Part shown: piece by piece, positions 60,953 to 64,000 of the stretch
How the letters are laid out: each line of letters opens with the position of its first letter
Numbering within the stretch: the first letter of the stretch is position 1
Assembly (NCBI GenBank): GCA_907165135.1
Contig: OU015567.1
Coordinates: forward strand, 11,532,001-11,596,000
Length of the DNA: 64,000 bases
DNA from: Oikopleura dioica
Taxonomy: Eukaryota; Animalia; Chordata
Reading direction: 5' to 3'
Position numbers and translations under genes: made by a program
The notes under the pieces: generated by a model
The model's database searches: none
Seen by the model: the letters and a program-made list of their open reading frames with translations, nothing else
What the model was told of the DNA's origin: nothing

Positions 60953-62108
60953 TCTATAAAAAGAATGAACATTTTAACTGTATGTACACAAGCATCAATC
61001 CGAAAAAGACCTTACACTGGGTTCTTTGTTTCAGGTCTGATCGAAGAGCTGGTTATTTCCTATCTCTAACCCATGCTTACTAATTTAAACAATACAAAAT
61101 CATAAATGTACTTCTTCCGACCAGCCCAGATCCTATCAACACCGTCACAATACACTTGGGCCGCACAAACCACAGCCATCCCTTCAAATTTCTGTGTTTT
61201 TTTATTTCTTGCGAATTTTAATAAAGCGAATTGCATAGCATTGGGATATTGTGATGATCAACAAATTCTCATTGTACAAGGTCATCAAAGTCGTTCTTAT
61301 CAAAAATCAAAACAGTAAAAGACGCATTTTTTTGTGAGAGCATTTTGAAGTGAAATAAATTCTTATCAGTTATCACCCCCGCTGCCGGAGTTAGGCTCAT
61401 TCAGAAAGGATTCTGTAGTAAACTTGAGAAATAAAAAACTGAAAATAGAGAGATAAAAAAAGTTTCGTCTGAAAGTCAAACGTTAGCAATAGGCTATTGC
61501 TACAGAATTACAATGAAAATAGGAAGGCTTATCAAAATTAACAGGGGTTACTGTTTTATCAGGCAAAATAAGTTTTTTATTAGTTTGGGGATTTTCTACA
61601 ACGTTGCTCTCCGTATGTCTGGATTTTCGGCAAAAATTTGAAGGGGTTCCAGGGACAAGGGGGGTCACCAGGAATATTGGTGTCTAATCCGAGCCACCTG
61701 CACTTGCCTCATTCTTTCGGAGTTAGCACCTCATATTCCCCATCTAATATGGCCCATATTATTCGGCCCCATTTCAGAAAACGTTTTAAACTTGAGAAAG
61801 AGAGAGATCTATAAAACATAACTTTTGTGTAAATATCAAACGTTAGAAACAGACTATCTCTACAATAAAAGAATGAAATTACTAATTATTTCAAATAAGG
61901 AAGGCTTATCAAAACTCATAGCGGTTTTTCGTGTCGATATTCCGTACACTTCCTTTTGCTATCAGAAAATCATTCCTTTTCTCATGAAAAAACTCGACTT
62001 TTCTGAGCCCTCCATAAACAGGATGTACAGGTTTCAGGTGGATAATCGGGGTCCACCATTCGAGTTTGTTTCAAAGACCAAAAAGTGGAAATTAATTTTT
62101 TTTGGAAG

Positions 62109-63309
62109 ATGTCCAACTGGGTAACTAACCAAAAAGATAATGATGCTTGGGGTTCCCGAAATTCTAACAATAAGACGGGATGGGATGACAATGAGGATAA
62201 TCAAAATAATAACCGAGATGCAAATTACGAACCTACAGAACAACAAGTTCGGAAGTCTAGTTATGACGAAAATTCGAAGGAAAAGAAGATGTCTCGTAAG
62301 CTAGGTAAACTGGGGTACTTGTGATAGTTAGCATTTTTTGATAAGCCGGTAAAAGAGGAAAAAGTTATTCGCAGAGAAAAGCTTCCATATTTCAACAGTA
62401 CATCAGGTCGGATACTTGTCCTTTCTACATTTTTCTCCGTCGTCGTGGCGACTCTGGGATTTCGACTATACTTTGGAAGTCTCGTCAGTGCCTGCGTCAA
62501 GGACACCAGCAATCGATTATCGAAGAATCCAGAATGGAAGGAAAGACATAAGGAATGTGTTCCAATCATAAATTCGACTAACGATAATCAAAATAATTTT
62601 GAAAACTAACAATATAATTATGCACTCAATAAAGACGCGTGATGATCTTAACCCGACTCCAGATGAGGACGAGCTGACCGAAGTGCTAAAGGATGAGATC
62701 TTCGGCCCATGCATACTTCTACCGATTATCTGCTCTATAACACAACTCACTTCGTTGATTATATTGTTGAAGTCGAAGATGCAGAAGCCAAAATGGGGAA
62801 AACAACTGACGATGGCCATCATGTTCTTAATCGCTGGAACTTCATGTGTCTATTCAGGTTTGTTTTGAAGATATTTTCGCTTGCGATGCTATATAAATTC
62901 TCTAAAACAAAATTAAGTTATTTGCGCGCTCTTGAATTTGATGCAGAGAAAGCTCTATTGCATCTTCTGGGTTACCGCTGTATTCCCGACACTGATGATG
63001 TTATCGCTTGGTGGACATTGCTTCGTTTGCTACATCGTCTTCTCTACAAAAGCCGAGCATCGAATTGAAGAAAATCTGAAGGAAATTATGGACAAAGGTT
63101 CGTGCTACTTCTCGCACACAGTTTTTTTCATCGCGTTTTTAGATGAACTACAGACAAATCGACAAGATCTGGAAGACTTCCGTGCGTCTTCGGGTGGAAT
63201 CCCGCCTGCTGGATCAAAGGTAAAGAAAATTAACTGTGATTTCGTAACAAAAATGAATAAAGGTTAAATACGAAAGACGATAAGAAGAAAAAGAAGTGAC
63301 TTTGTGTAA
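62109..63309 (+). CDS. Four-transmembrane protein, claudin-superfamily-like topology
   Basis: N/D-rich cytosolic N-terminus; TM ILVLSTFFSVVVATLGFRLYFGSLV; long loop; TMs CILLPIICSITQLTSLIILL, LTMAIMFLIAGTSCVYS and YCIFWVTAVFPTLMMLSLGGHCFVCYIVF; inferred C-terminus RKRSDFV*. The family call is inference only. Confidence 0.55.
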
Positions 63310-63383
63310 GTTTTTGCTTTTATTTTGTGCAAGATGACAATAAACTAGAATATTATGATGATGGTTGTCAGGAAATACGATAT

Positions 63384-64000
63384 TTAGTAGCAGAAAATAT
63401 TTTCCTCCTTGTGCCCGAGCTCGGCGAGATTAGGCATGCAGGCGAATTTGATCATTGGAGGAGGACCACAAATGAGGATCATTGTATCGTCCGATGCGGC
63501 GGGCAGGGACTCCGCGATCATGTCTTCGGCTTGTTAGGAATAAAAATTAGGAACTTGGATACCTTTGTTGATATGGCCAGTTTTGTAGCTCCATTCTTTT
63601 CCTGCAGGCGCGTTGTCAACTGTGAACATAAATTTGAATCGTCCAGGATGATTTTTCGCCGTCTCTTCGATTTCTTCCCGCAGCAAAATGTCTTCTTCAG
63701 ATCGATTTGCAAACAACAATGACAGCTGCGTATCTTCATTCGATTTTACTACTGCGTCACTAAAATACGATTTATTCTTGTTTATCAAAAGAACGAACCG
63801 AACAAGCTGCATCATCGGAGTAATGCCAGAACCTCCAGCGATCATTCCAATGTGCTTGATGCCTTTTCTTATTTTGAAATCCTTGTCGGAGGGAAGAAAC
63901 GACTCGCGAATGTGGAACTCGCCGTTTCTTCGGTAGATAAGCTTTCCTTTTGGTCCAACGAAATCCAGGGTGTCTCCGATCTTGAGTTTGTTGATGTACT
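63384..64000 (-). CDS. CYB5R: NADH-cytochrome b5 reductase, 3' part (runs off the window end)
   Basis: LKIGDTLDFVGPKGKLIY...GMIAGGSGITPMMQLVR...LSLLFANRSEEDILLREE...ILICGPPPMIKFACMPNLAELGH. Confidence 0.92.

Noticed and set aside
61385-61930. Degenerate direct duplication (shared AAACTTGAGAAA, CAAACGTTAG, GGAAGGCTTATCAAAA) with about 350-bp spacing
   Set aside because: Old and highly diverged, with no TSD, TIR or coding signal to assign a function.

Overview
This 64-kb window is compact eukaryotic genome. Introns of 30-50 nt, frequent GA/GG/GC-AG introns and operon-like gene spacing point to the larvacean tunicate Oikopleura (inference). Genes are spliced, so the ORF track often shows the wrong frame, and I rebuilt the exon chains by hand. 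In order: three unidentified short genes; a secreted ShKT-EGF-EGF-TSP1-TSP1 gene whose 41-nt intron holds an intact antisense Ty3/gypsy LTR retrotransposon (identical 256-bp LTRs, 4-bp TSD); LEKR1 and PHB2 on the minus strand; a plus-strand run of PP1, CEP104, SNX4, KIF13, PRMT3, ASXL and AKTIP; a CCN-family gene the ORF track misses; a roughly 12-kb gene-poor stretch ending in two MITE-like elements; a protein with two chitin-binding (CBM14) domains; STAT5; a claudin-like 4-TM gene; and the 3' part of cytochrome b5 reductase. The best lead is a 976-bp foldback DNA element with a perfect 9-bp TSD inside a STAT5 coding exon. Its TSD supplies an AG acceptor and its TIR supplies a pyrimidine tract and in-frame GA/GC donors, so it may be a transposon turning into a new intron (Introner-like). 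This needs RNA evidence.
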